This document shows, in pieces, positions 21,942 through 31,469 of a stretch of DNA of 64,000 nucleotides. Below the pieces are notes generated by a model. That model was not told the origin of the DNA. It did not search any database and worked only from the letters and a program-made list of their open reading frames with translations. Each line of letters opens with the position of its first letter. The stretch's first letter is position 1. The stretch comes from Ignavibacteriota bacterium. GTDB lineage: Bacteria; Bacteroidota; Ignavibacteria; UBA10030. Both the position numbers and the translations under genes were made by a program. The stretch spans positions 32,001-96,000 of the forward strand of contig CAVSHO010000009.1 of assembly GCA_963727825.1 (NCBI GenBank), given 5' to 3'.

Positions 21942-23594
21942 TGTAAGTCCAGTGCCGTTAAATGTAGCAATGTGTGTCCCGGCTTGTTGCACACCATTAA
22001 AGAGTGTCGCTACTTCCTCACCAAGAAGATTGTACACTTTCAGTGATACATAACCTCTCTCCGGAACCGAGTACTCGATCTGAGTAGTTGGGTTGAATGG
22101 ATTAGGATAGTTCTGACTAAGCTCATATTTTGCAGGAATACTACTTGACTGCTCCTTCACACCGGTAGTAATACCTTTTGTAAGCCATCCGTAAATAGTA
22201 TTATTTTCCGCCTGCTCTTGCGCTTTCCATGCAGTATATTGCGTTGGCCACCAGTGATACAGGTCTCCTAATGGGAAACCACTCATTCCAGCCGTCTTCA
22301 ATCTAGTGTTGGTGTACGATAGGTCTTCATCCATAGGCCATGAAGCAGCCTCATCTGATACAATATCGTAAGACCAGTCAATATTATCACCAGTTGACCA
22401 TCTACCCAACAAAAAAGTCTTGATGGCGTCCGTGTTGGTCGGAGGAAACTTTAAGCCCGGGTCTACAGATTGAATGAGTGTAGAAGTATCCATAGAGAGG
22501 TATGGCCATGTTGACTTTGTACTAAAGAGGCGCCTCGTATTTGTGCTTATCATAGGCATCGGTTTCGGTTTGAGATTGTCGGCAACGGTGGGATCAATGC
22601 TGAAAGGATTATTTGCCATATAATCCGTAAGCCATTTCTCTAAATAATAGGCGGTGTGAGTGAAAACTATATGGCGTTGACTTTCCGTAAATGGGAATGC
22701 TATGCCCGGTATTGAAAGAGTATCAACGTTTATTGTACCGCCGCTGGGGAAATTAACATCTTCTTCCCGGTTTGCGACTACATCTCCATACATCCATGTA
22801 TTCACAAAAAGGCAGTTATTAACATTAAACCAATACCAATACCCTGATTTAATTGGATACATCATAGTATTAAGAAAAGTAACGTGATTAAACCAAACAT
22901 GATCCATATACTCAGGAGTCTCTTGCATAATACCATATCCAATGTTTGCGAAAGTGCAATTCACGAAAGAAACACTATCGTTATGCCACGTTGTGCTTTG
23001 AAAAGGAAATGAAAGAGCCCTGCCGTAGTATCGCAAGTGCTGGTCAATGCAATTTCGGAAATAACAATTTTTGAATGTTGCGGTTAAATGAGTACTTCTT
23101 TCCTCTACACATGTATAAGAATAATCAAAGATAACATCTTCGAAGTTGGCGATATTTTTATTGCGCGTGCTGTCATTATCAATTTCAAGATGATCACTCA
23201 ATTGCGCAGGGGTCGTGTTTGCATATAACAACCAGACATTCTTCAAAGAAATATCACCAAAGACATCGAAATTATAGTTCCAAGTTACACCGCCTCCGGC
23301 AAGCGACATTATTATAGGAAGTGCTGTGGCCGCTGTTGTACCAGGATCCGGTGCAGTGATCGTGAGCAATGTCCCGGCTGGAGTGGTTATCGGTCCAGTA
23401 AGAAGGTAATATCCTGCAGCATCCAATTGGAAAACTGTATTGGAGAGAGTTTTGCTGTTAATAGCGGCTTGGATTGCATTATTTAGATTCCCTCCACTAG
23501 GGCCGTCGCTGGGAACTTTCACGATTGTCTGCCCGTATAGCGACATAGAAAAAACAATCGCAATACAAAGAAAAACATAAATACAATTCTTCAT
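21870..23594 (-). CDS. T9SS-secreted protein with probable beta-helix-like repeats, partner of the upstream TBDR
   Basis: Signal peptide; FKNCYF, FVNCTF, VNNCLFVN repeats; shares LSYT..L.TAG..FP.GDL..W.PTQY..WKAQE with 11938-13708; CTD. Confidence 0.8.
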   Translation of the reverse strand: MKNCIYVFLCIAIVFSMSLYGQTIVKVPSDGPSGGNLNNAIQAAINSKTLSNTVFQLDAAGYYLLTGPITTPAGTLLTITAPDPGTTAATALPIIMSLAGGGVTWNYNFDVFGDISLKNVWLLYANTTPAQLSDHLEIDNDSTRNKNIANFEDVIFDYSYTCVEERSTHLTATFKNCYFRNCIDQHLRYYGRALSFPFQSTTWHNDSVSFVNCTFANIGYGIMQETPEYMDHVWFNHVTFLNTMMYPIKSGYWYWFNVNNCLFVNTWMYGDVVANREEDVNFPSGGTINVDTLSIPGIAFPFTESQRHIVFTHTAYYLEKWLTDYMANNPFSIDPTVADNLKPKPMPMISTNTRRLFSTKSTWPYLSMDTSTLIQSVDPGLKFPPTNTDAIKTFLLGRWSTGDNIDWSYDIVSDEAASWPMDEDLSYTNTRLKTAGMSGFPLGDLYHWWPTQYTAWKAQEQAENNTIYGWLTKGITTGVKEQSSSIPAKYELSQNYPNPFNPTTQIEYSVPERGYVSLKVYNLLGEEVATLFNGVQQAGTHIATFNGTGLTSGVYFYRLQSGSFSDTKKLVLMK

Positions 23595-23666
23595 GTTATA
23601 TCTCCTTTATAATTTTAAAAGTTAGGTTTACTAAAATTACATGCGTTTTCATTTGGCTAATATTAT

Positions 23667-26600
23667 CTATAATGTGTATCTAATTCCCAGATTTGCAATC
23701 AAACCGTAATTATTTTCAGAAGTGAAACCGCCGATAGTTTGTTGAGTTGAAATATTATTAGCATTGTTGATGTTTTTTATGTCGAGAAACAATTGAAGGC
23801 CAGTCCATGGCAACATTTGCCTGATTGAAGCATCAACTCGATAATAGTTTTTAGTAAAACCATCTGTCTCGCTATAGTTTCCGATACCAGTTACAGAATT
23901 CCCCTGGAAGAGGAATGATACTCTTCCAGAAAATCCCTTATAGTCGTAACCAATGGAAGCGTTCAATAAATCATTCGGCTGGTTAATCAAGCGGTCGACC
24001 CGTGAACTATCAATTAATACGCTGGCGAATCTTGATTGACCTGGACCTGGATAGTTTGGATTGACAATCGTTCTAATAAAAATGAACGGATATGTCGATT
24101 CCGAATGAATATGTGTATAGTTGATAGTGAGAACCACACCATTTAATGGCGCCGGTAAATACCAGAACCTCGTTTGAAAATCTGCTTCAATACCTTTCAC
24201 ATAAGAGTCGTAGGGAGTATTTATGTAAGTAGATACAGTCGCTCCGGCCTTTGGTGTAGGAAAGAATGATGCCGGTACAAAAAAATCCAGCGGGATTATT
24301 CGATAACAATTGGTATGATGTACCATAAGAAAAGTTTGATATAGTCTTATAAAATCCTCCTATGGATAGAAGACCTAAATCGTTGCTATGAAAAGTAATC
24401 ATAAGATCGTGGTTATATGATTGTGCAGGTTTAAGATTCGGATTCCCCGCAGTTACATTGGTATTAATATCCATAGTATAATGCGGTGTAAGTTGGGTAT
24501 AGGACGGTCGCGAGAGTGTTTGACCATAGGAATAACGTATATCACTCCAATCAGCTAGGTTGTACTTTGCCTGCACCATCGGAAGCAAGTAATGATTCTT
24601 TGGATAAACTGTGGTATCACTATAATTCTGAACAAGTGGATTCCGTTTATCATCCAAGTTATATGCAAAATATGACATGTTGTCTTCTTCGTAGCGTGCA
24701 CCGCCAATTATTGTAAGTGCCTGACCTAGGTCCAACTCTGCCATCAAGTATGTGGCATAATAATTTTCAACATAGTCATAGTCATTGGTCAAGGTCTGAT
24801 AATATCCATCTTGCCATCCACCATTTTGGTTTCCGCTAAATCTAGGATCGGTCGATAGCAATTGAGTTATTGCATTCAACACATTTGGATCAGGCGCCCA
24901 AAAAATTTGCCCAAATTTGCCGCCTAAAAAGCTGTTTAAAAGTTTTGAATTTGTCGAAGAAAAATTAGATCCCATGAAACGGTTTGTTGTAGTGTTAAAT
25001 ACTAATTGCGGAAAACTTCTCAGGACATTCGCCACCATTGAATCATTAACAGCTCCATTGCCTTTAGATAAATTAGTATATGGTGTATTCTGATCAAGGG
25101 AATTATCTGTGTGGTCATACTCGCCACCAATTTTAATGTAACCTGAGAAAGCCGGCAATCTGAATGGAAATTTGAAGTCGCTCTTATATGTTTGATTGAC
25201 CTCCTTATAATCGGAAAAGAATAAATTGAGTGTATTCAAGCCAGCCTGGTTTGCACCTAAAAAATTTACCAGTTGAATGCAACTATCCGGAATTGTATTA
25301 TCCGGGGCCTTCGTGACCCCTGATGTTTGCGAGAAATCGTAAACATGGGAGTTCGGAGAATTATTTCGGGAATATGAATTAGCAACTTTCAAATTTGCCA
25401 ACATAAACCCAAAATCGTTTTGCAATTCTAAAGAATTCACTGCAAGATCAGTATTACTATTTCCATCGCTGTAAGTAAAGTCGAGAGATTTTCCATCAAA
25501 GTTCTCTGATGTTCGATAATCCTGAGTAATCGAATTCAATCTGCTGAACATATTGACAGATTTAATAAAACCAGAGGGCAATGTGTAGTCAAGAATTACG
25601 TTTCCCCCATAACGCTTTCTGGTTTCTATATGGCGATCGAGCGATATACTTTGTACATCAACAGGCCTATATCCATTTGCACCAATAACTGTGTTGGTAG
25701 TTGCGTAGCTAGCACTCATATTATCTGAGTTGCGATCGTATTTTTCATCGTTTGCATTAACATAGATACCGAGGTGGTCGTCGAAGAAACGATCGCTAAG
25801 AGAAGCATATGCTCTATAATTGCCATAATTGTCAGTCTTATCCGTATAACCGGATTGCCACAGAAAATCACCATGAAGTCCGGATGGAGCTTCCCGTAAA
25901 TTCATATTAACATAACCGCCAAGGGCATCTGCATTCATATCCGGAGTCAGCGTTTTATAGACCTCGATCGATTGAATCATATAAGGAGTTATCATAGTAA
26001 GGTCGACGCTTCTGTCAACATTCGCTGAGCCGGCTGTTCCACCTTGAGAAGACGTGCCCATCTGAGTGCTTCCTGTTGCCGCGAGTGAAATTCCACCAAT
26101 AGCGACCGTATTGTATTGCGGGGCTAATCCTCTGATCACTATTTTATTGTCTTCACCTGAACTTTGAAGAGTTGAAACGCCCGGCAGACGACCTATTGCT
26201 GATGCCGCATTGAAATCCGGCAACTCCTGAATCCTCGCTTCTGAAACAACGCTGACGATTTTATCCGAAGAAACCTGCTGGTTGATTGCCTGCACTTGAC
26301 CGCGTGCTTGTGCAGTGACAACGACTTCCTCACCAACTATTGCCTGGGCAGTTAAACGGAATTCTTCTTCCAACGTCTCATCTTTTTTGACTGTAATCTC
26401 ACGCATTATTGGAACATAGCCGATGCAGGAGACTTTCACGTTCCATTTGCCGACCGGGATCAACTTTATCTGGTAGTTTCCATCTACATCTGCGGCAATA
26501 CCTAAACTCGTATTTTGAATTATGACATTGGCACCGATTAGAGGTTCTCCATTTGTCTTGTCAAGAACGCTTCCTTTTACAGTGCCAGATCCTGTAGCTT

Positions 26601-27003
26601 GATTATTGGGCTTTTCCTCTTGCGTCAAAATAAGAAGACCACTTTCTGTTACTGAATATTGGATTTCCATATCCTGAAGTATTTGATCAAGCGCCTCAGA
26701 CAATGTCGCTACCTCAAGAGTGAGATTGATTTTTTTGTTCGTCTTAATTAAATCATAATCCAACACGGGTCTGAGATGAACCGCTACAGCAACTTTTTTT
26801 ATAGCGCTAATCACCGGCTCATTCACTAACCTGATTGAAATAGGTCCATACACCGTTGGTGAGATTGGTGGAGTAGGTTTATTTACAGTTTTTGATATAT
26901 TTGCCTGAACTTGCTCAGGAATTTCCTCTTGGGCTAGTACTAATTGGTAAGAAATCACAATTACAAAGAATGCTATCACCCACACCTTAGAACAATAATT
27001 CAT
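23667..27003 (-). CDS. TonB-dependent transducer with N-terminal signalling (STN-like) extension; +1 frameshift in run at 24279-24285
   Basis: LSEALDQIL STN-like segment; plug motif IEVYKTLTPDMNADALGG; GNPNLKP; C-terminal LGIRYTL in ORF 23667-24326. Confidence 0.88.
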
Positions 27004-27123
27004 ACATATTCTCCTTAATTGAAAAAGTTCATAACTAATTTTAAACTTAGTACGTCATTCGTTAAAGAGGGTAACAAAGCAATGATGTACGCTGACTACC
27101 ATGTACTCGTAATAATTGGGCAA

Positions 27124-28224
27124 TTAAGAATTTTGATGAAGATATAATGACACAATTTTCCCACGTTGCTTATAGTGGAATCGGATAGATAAAGAAAGCG
27201 ACTTTATAATTTGAGATAACGATTCATTGCTGTACGTTGCCATGATATGTCGATTTAACAGGCTTGAATCAAGAACTTCAAACTCTACATCAAACTTACG
27301 CGAAAGTTGTTTGATCACTTCCGCTAACGTCGCATTTTCAAAGACCATCTGGTTCTTCAGCCATGCAAGATACTTATCGGTCCTGATCACCTCTGCTGTG
27401 GAAGGGGCCCCTCCTTTAATCACACGGCTTATCTGATTGCGATGCAGCAATACTTCGTTTTGTTGTTTAGCTCCTCCAAATGCAACTTGTCCTTCGGATA
27501 CAACTACCTGCGTTTTATTATCTTCTGAATATGATGTCACATTAAATACAGTTCCGAGCACTCGTATATTTGCATCAACCGTGTGCACGATAAACGGAGA
27601 GGTCTCACTATGGGTTACCTCAAAGAATGCCTCCCCATCTAAAAAGATTTCACGCTTTTCTTTGGCAAATACAATGGGGAACCGAATTTTGGTTGCAGAA
27701 TTTAAACGGATGCTTGTGCCATCACCCAGGAGAAGTGTAGACCTCTCGCCTTTTTGCGTACAATATTCCTGATATGTCGATTGGTATGCTAACTCTCTCT
27801 TTTCTTGAAGCTTCTTAAAATAAACAGCCGTCCCTATTGACCCGCCAAGAATCAATAATGCAATCATCGCGAGCCTAAAAACATATTGTACCGGCGATTT
27901 GCTTATACCAAAACACCATTGCATTACTACACGAATTGGCCATAGAACGATGTTCACATCCGGTCTTGGCTTAACTTCATCAGGCGATTCGGCTTGAGAC
28001 AGAGTTATGCCTGCCTTGAATGCGAATTTATCCCAAAGCTCATCTTCATCCCACTGTGTGAGTTCGAGTCGTGATTCGTGAAGTATTTGTTCCAATGTCC
28101 GCATGAGTTGTTTATTCGTGACGTCATTCTTTAGCCATCGTTCTATTTTCTGTTTTTCTTTTTCTGTCGCTTCGCCTAAAATGAACCTGATTAAAAGGCG
28201 TAAGGTTTGTGGATTCTTGCTCAT
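27124..28224 (-). CDS. FecR-family anti-sigma factor
   Basis: One TM helix; L.DGTSIRLNSAT, LDGEAFFEV, VLGTVFNV motifs; lies between ECF sigma and the transducer. Confidence 0.92.
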   Translation of the reverse strand: MSKNPQTLRLLIRFILGEATEKEKQKIERWLKNDVTNKQLMRTLEQILHESRLELTQWDEDELWDKFAFKAGITLSQAESPDEVKPRPDVNIVLWPIRVVMQWCFGISKSPVQYVFRLAMIALLILGGSIGTAVYFKKLQEKRELAYQSTYQEYCTQKGERSTLLLGDGTSIRLNSATKIRFPIVFAKEKREIFLDGEAFFEVTHSETSPFIVHTVDANIRVLGTVFNVTSYSEDNKTQVVVSEGQVAFGGAKQQNEVLLHRNQISRVIKGGAPSTAEVIRTDKYLAWLKNQMVFENATLAEVIKQLSRKFDVEFEVLDSSLLNRHIMATYSNESLSQIIKSLSLSIRFHYKQRGKIVSLYLHQNS

Positions 28225-28327
28225 AAATTGACCTTTGCTTATTATTAAAGAATTGGACTATTACTTACTACAATAAGACAATTGAACTTGAAGAACTCCC
28301 TATGGAGATGGATCTACAATGTGAGAT

Positions 28328-28894
28328 TTATTGAAGGCGGAGGGTAGACCGGAGACTCTTTACTGCATTAACCATATGTGCATCGACTGTTTTAACAGAT
28401 ATTTCAAGTATTTCTGCTATTTCAGCATATTTCATATTAAAATATCTGCTTAAAATAAAAACGATCCTACAGCGTTCGGGTATTTTTTCCAGCGCATGTG
28501 TTAGTAAGACATCTGATTCTTGTTGTACAGCGATCTCGTGAGGGGTAGCTGTCGGCAGCGAAAACAACCTCGAATATGTGTCTATACTGTTTCGATGGAT
28601 TGTTTGATGTTTTAAAAAGTTCAAGGAAAGATTACGCACGGAAGTAAAAAGATACGTCTTTAGGCATCCATCGATATTAATTGAGCCTCTACGTTCCCAG
28701 AGAATAAGAAAAACATTCTGTACAATATCTTCAGCTGTATCAAAGGATTTTACATAATATGCAGCAAATGTGCAAAGTTCTTTCACGTAGGACCGATATA
28801 TTTTTTCAAACGCAGATATATCACCCTTAAGTGCTTTTTCTAAAAGGTGCTTTTCCTCTTTATTCGTTAACAGTATTTTTTGTACTGAATGCAT
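28328..28894 (-). CDS. ECF sigma-70 factor
   Basis: AEDIVQNVFLILW region 2 and YAEIAEILEISVKTV region 4. Confidence 0.93.
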   Translation of the reverse strand: MHSVQKILLTNKEEKHLLEKALKGDISAFEKIYRSYVKELCTFAAYYVKSFDTAEDIVQNVFLILWERRGSINIDGCLKTYLFTSVRNLSLNFLKHQTIHRNSIDTYSRLFSLPTATPHEIAVQQESDVLLTHALEKIPERCRIVFILSRYFNMKYAEIAEILEISVKTVDAHMVNAVKSLRSTLRLQ

Positions 28895-29516
28895 ACTGGT
28901 TATGGTTAGGGGGAAAATATGTTGTGCTCCAATATTTAAGCGATGAACTATACCTTATGAATGTAAGATAAATGTATTCTGCTCATTCCGCAATTTGATA
29001 ATATGATATTCCATCAAAAATATTTTTAGCTAATGCATTGATGGAAGGACAAAAGTCGATTATGAATCTGTCCTCTTTGAGGTATTAATATTCCTTCTAT
29101 TTTGCTATGGAACAATTATTTACATTACTGAAGTTTGAGATGGCTTTATCCTCAATAATGTACGAAAAACATCGCAACCCCTTAGATCATTTTTATCAAA
29201 TCGTTATAATATTGTTATACGTTTGCTTTCTGATTTGGTGAAGGCTGGATTCGTTCTTTCGTCGATGCAAACGCCATTAAAGAGAATAATGGCAAGAAAG
29301 GAAAAAATAGCATCGAATAATGCAGGTCAGAATATCGCTGGTGCTACAATTCATCAGGTTAATGGGGCTCCTGACGGCTCAGTTAAACTTGGAAGGACGA
29401 ACCCGATTTGTTCAGCGTCGTTTGAGACTGGAACCATGTGTCGTTGATATCGTACTCAAGTTACAAAATCAACTTACCCATCTGTCATTTTTTAAACCAA
29501 GAATTGCAATGAGAGG

Positions 29517-29545
29517 TAAGTGCGTACGCTAAACGTACGCACTTA
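29517..29545 (-). terminator. Perfect hairpin downstream of the symporter gene
   Basis: taagtgcgtacg-ctaaa-cgtacgcactta. Confidence 0.55.
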
Positions 29546-29595
29546 AAGGCCATTCGTAAAATTCAGGATATCATTTGCAACACTGTTCACTATCT

Positions 29596-31110
29596 TCAAG
29601 AAGATGCAAATTTTTTCCTGCGTTCGGTTAACTCGTCAGCCATCTGTATTGTCATATTTTTATTGATCTGGTAAGCCATCAATAAAAGAGTACAGATCGC
29701 AAACATTATACCGACAACTATACCGCTGCATGCGCGGAAACCCGCTATTGCTTGAGGTGCATCGGGCATTTGGGTGTCATAACTGAACAGAGCTGCCATG
29801 ATCCAAAGGAATGAAGAAGAGCCAAGCGCCAAACCACCTTTTAAAGCAAAACCAATAGTTGCAAAAACGATTCCCGTAAAGCGGCGTCCCGTTTTCCATT
29901 CGGAATAATCCGCCACATCCGCATATATCGCCCAAATTAATGGAACGGTTGGTGCGTATGCTATCGCGATAAGAATTGTCAGCACGACCATGCCGATAAT
30001 ATTCGTAGGGCCAAGCAGATAGAAAGCAAGTGTTCCGATGCTTGCAAGACCAAACCCGCAAATCGCAACCGCCTTCTTCCCAAACCTTTTGGCAAGAGGT
30101 GGCGAGAGGATGATGACAATCATGGTGGTGCCGGTTCCGATCATGTTTATAATACTGTTAGCAACATCGGCAACGTTCGAACTTGCAAGATTCGACTTAT
30201 CTCCGTGGACAATGTAACCGAGCCATTCAAGAATACCACTAGGTGCAGGGGCACCGGGAGCGAGTGCAGGTGCAGTCAAGCCCAAGCTCTGTACCCAATC
30301 ATATAGCGCAAATTTGTCAGCGAAATGATGATAATAATTATAAAGTGCAGCGCCTCTGAACGAGAGAATTGCAAAATGTACTAGAGTCATGAAAAACATT
30401 ACTTTCCAAGGATTGTTTTTCAGCAAATTGATAAAATCTTCTTTCGGCGAAGCTTTTTGAGAGGGCGCGGGTTTAATGCGTTCTTTTGTCGTAGCGAATG
30501 TAACGAGGAACAGGAAGAAACATACAATAGCCCAAATAATCATGGTCATTTGCCAGCCGTACTGCTTGTCATGCCCAACTGCGAATTTGGCAATTAATGG
30601 AAGAGTGAAACCGCCCACAATAAATTGTGCTGCATTCACTGCGATGAACCGGTAAGAGTTAAGCTTAGCACGTTCATTAACATCGCCGGTCATAACTCCA
30701 CCAAGTGCTGCGTACGGCATATTGTTCATGGAATAAATGCTCATCAGTAGAATATTGGTGATAGCAGCGTATATAACCATCGAAGTCATATTCCAGCCTT
30801 TTGGTGTTGTATACGCCAGCACCATTACGATACACCAAGGCAATGCCGTAAATAAAACCCATGGGCGGAATTTCCCCCAGCGTGTGTTCGTGCGGTCAGC
30901 AAGCACACCGACAATCGGATCGGCAAAAGCGTCCCATAACCGAGCGACTAAAAGAATCGTTGCCGCAGCACTCGCAGTAATACCAAAGACATCCGTATAA
31001 AAATTCGTTTGGAAAAGGATCATCGTCATAAAAACAAAATTTGCAGCAGCATCAGCAGCGCTGTATCCCGCTTTTTCGACGAAAGAAAGTTTTTGTGAGT
31101 TTGGTTGCAC
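29596..31110 (-). CDS. GPH-family (glycoside-pentoside-hexuronide) cation symporter
   Basis: KLSFVEKAGY, RLWDAFADP, DRTNTRWGKFRPW, TKERI motifs; probable GTG start at 31110 after GGAG. Confidence 0.9.
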   Translation of the reverse strand: MQPNSQKLSFVEKAGYSAADAAANFVFMTMILFQTNFYTDVFGITASAAATILLVARLWDAFADPIVGVLADRTNTRWGKFRPWVLFTALPWCIVMVLAYTTPKGWNMTSMVIYAAITNILLMSIYSMNNMPYAALGGVMTGDVNERAKLNSYRFIAVNAAQFIVGGFTLPLIAKFAVGHDKQYGWQMTMIIWAIVCFFLFLVTFATTKERIKPAPSQKASPKEDFINLLKNNPWKVMFFMTLVHFAILSFRGAALYNYYHHFADKFALYDWVQSLGLTAPALAPGAPAPSGILEWLGYIVHGDKSNLASSNVADVANSIINMIGTGTTMIVIILSPPLAKRFGKKAVAICGFGLASIGTLAFYLLGPTNIIGMVVLTILIAIAYAPTVPLIWAIYADVADYSEWKTGRRFTGIVFATIGFALKGGLALGSSSFLWIMAALFSYDTQMPDAPQAIAGFRACSGIVVGIMFAICTLLLMAYQINKNMTIQMADELTERRKKFASS

Positions 31111-31469
31111 TATATACTCCAAAGTTCGTTTAGAATTTTTGTGAACTTATATACAGATATTACGCTATTCTACTTCTAGAAAATATTATTGTCTTAAAAT
31201 ATTGTAATTGAATTGATGAAATTTGAATACGTATATTTCAAACATGATTAAAATATATATCGTAAAAAGCAAGCCACTTAGGTGTGATATTTGAAGGAAC
31301 CGATTTGATCTTGCCAGGTCTTAAAAAAATTTACTGTGATACTTCGAAACCCTTATAATGATTTTTTCACAGTTGAAGTAAACCTGAATTATTAATGCTT
31401 CAATGAAGCATTAATTTAAATTCTAGAAAACCCTGGTTTTAACTCTATTAAAAATTACATACGATACAA

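Noticed and set aside
13831-27003. Calling the receptors SusC and the locus a canonical SusC/SusD PUL
   Set aside because: No SusC plug signature and no SusD-like lipoprotein follows either receptor
17027-27076. AGGGTAACA upstream of both TBDR genes (17027-17035 and 27068-27076)
   Set aside because: A single 9-mer match with no extended similarity; could arise by chance
29223-29532. Short plus-strand ORFs of 74 and 70 aa
   Set aside because: No RBS or recognisable motif; may be antisense to a decayed gene
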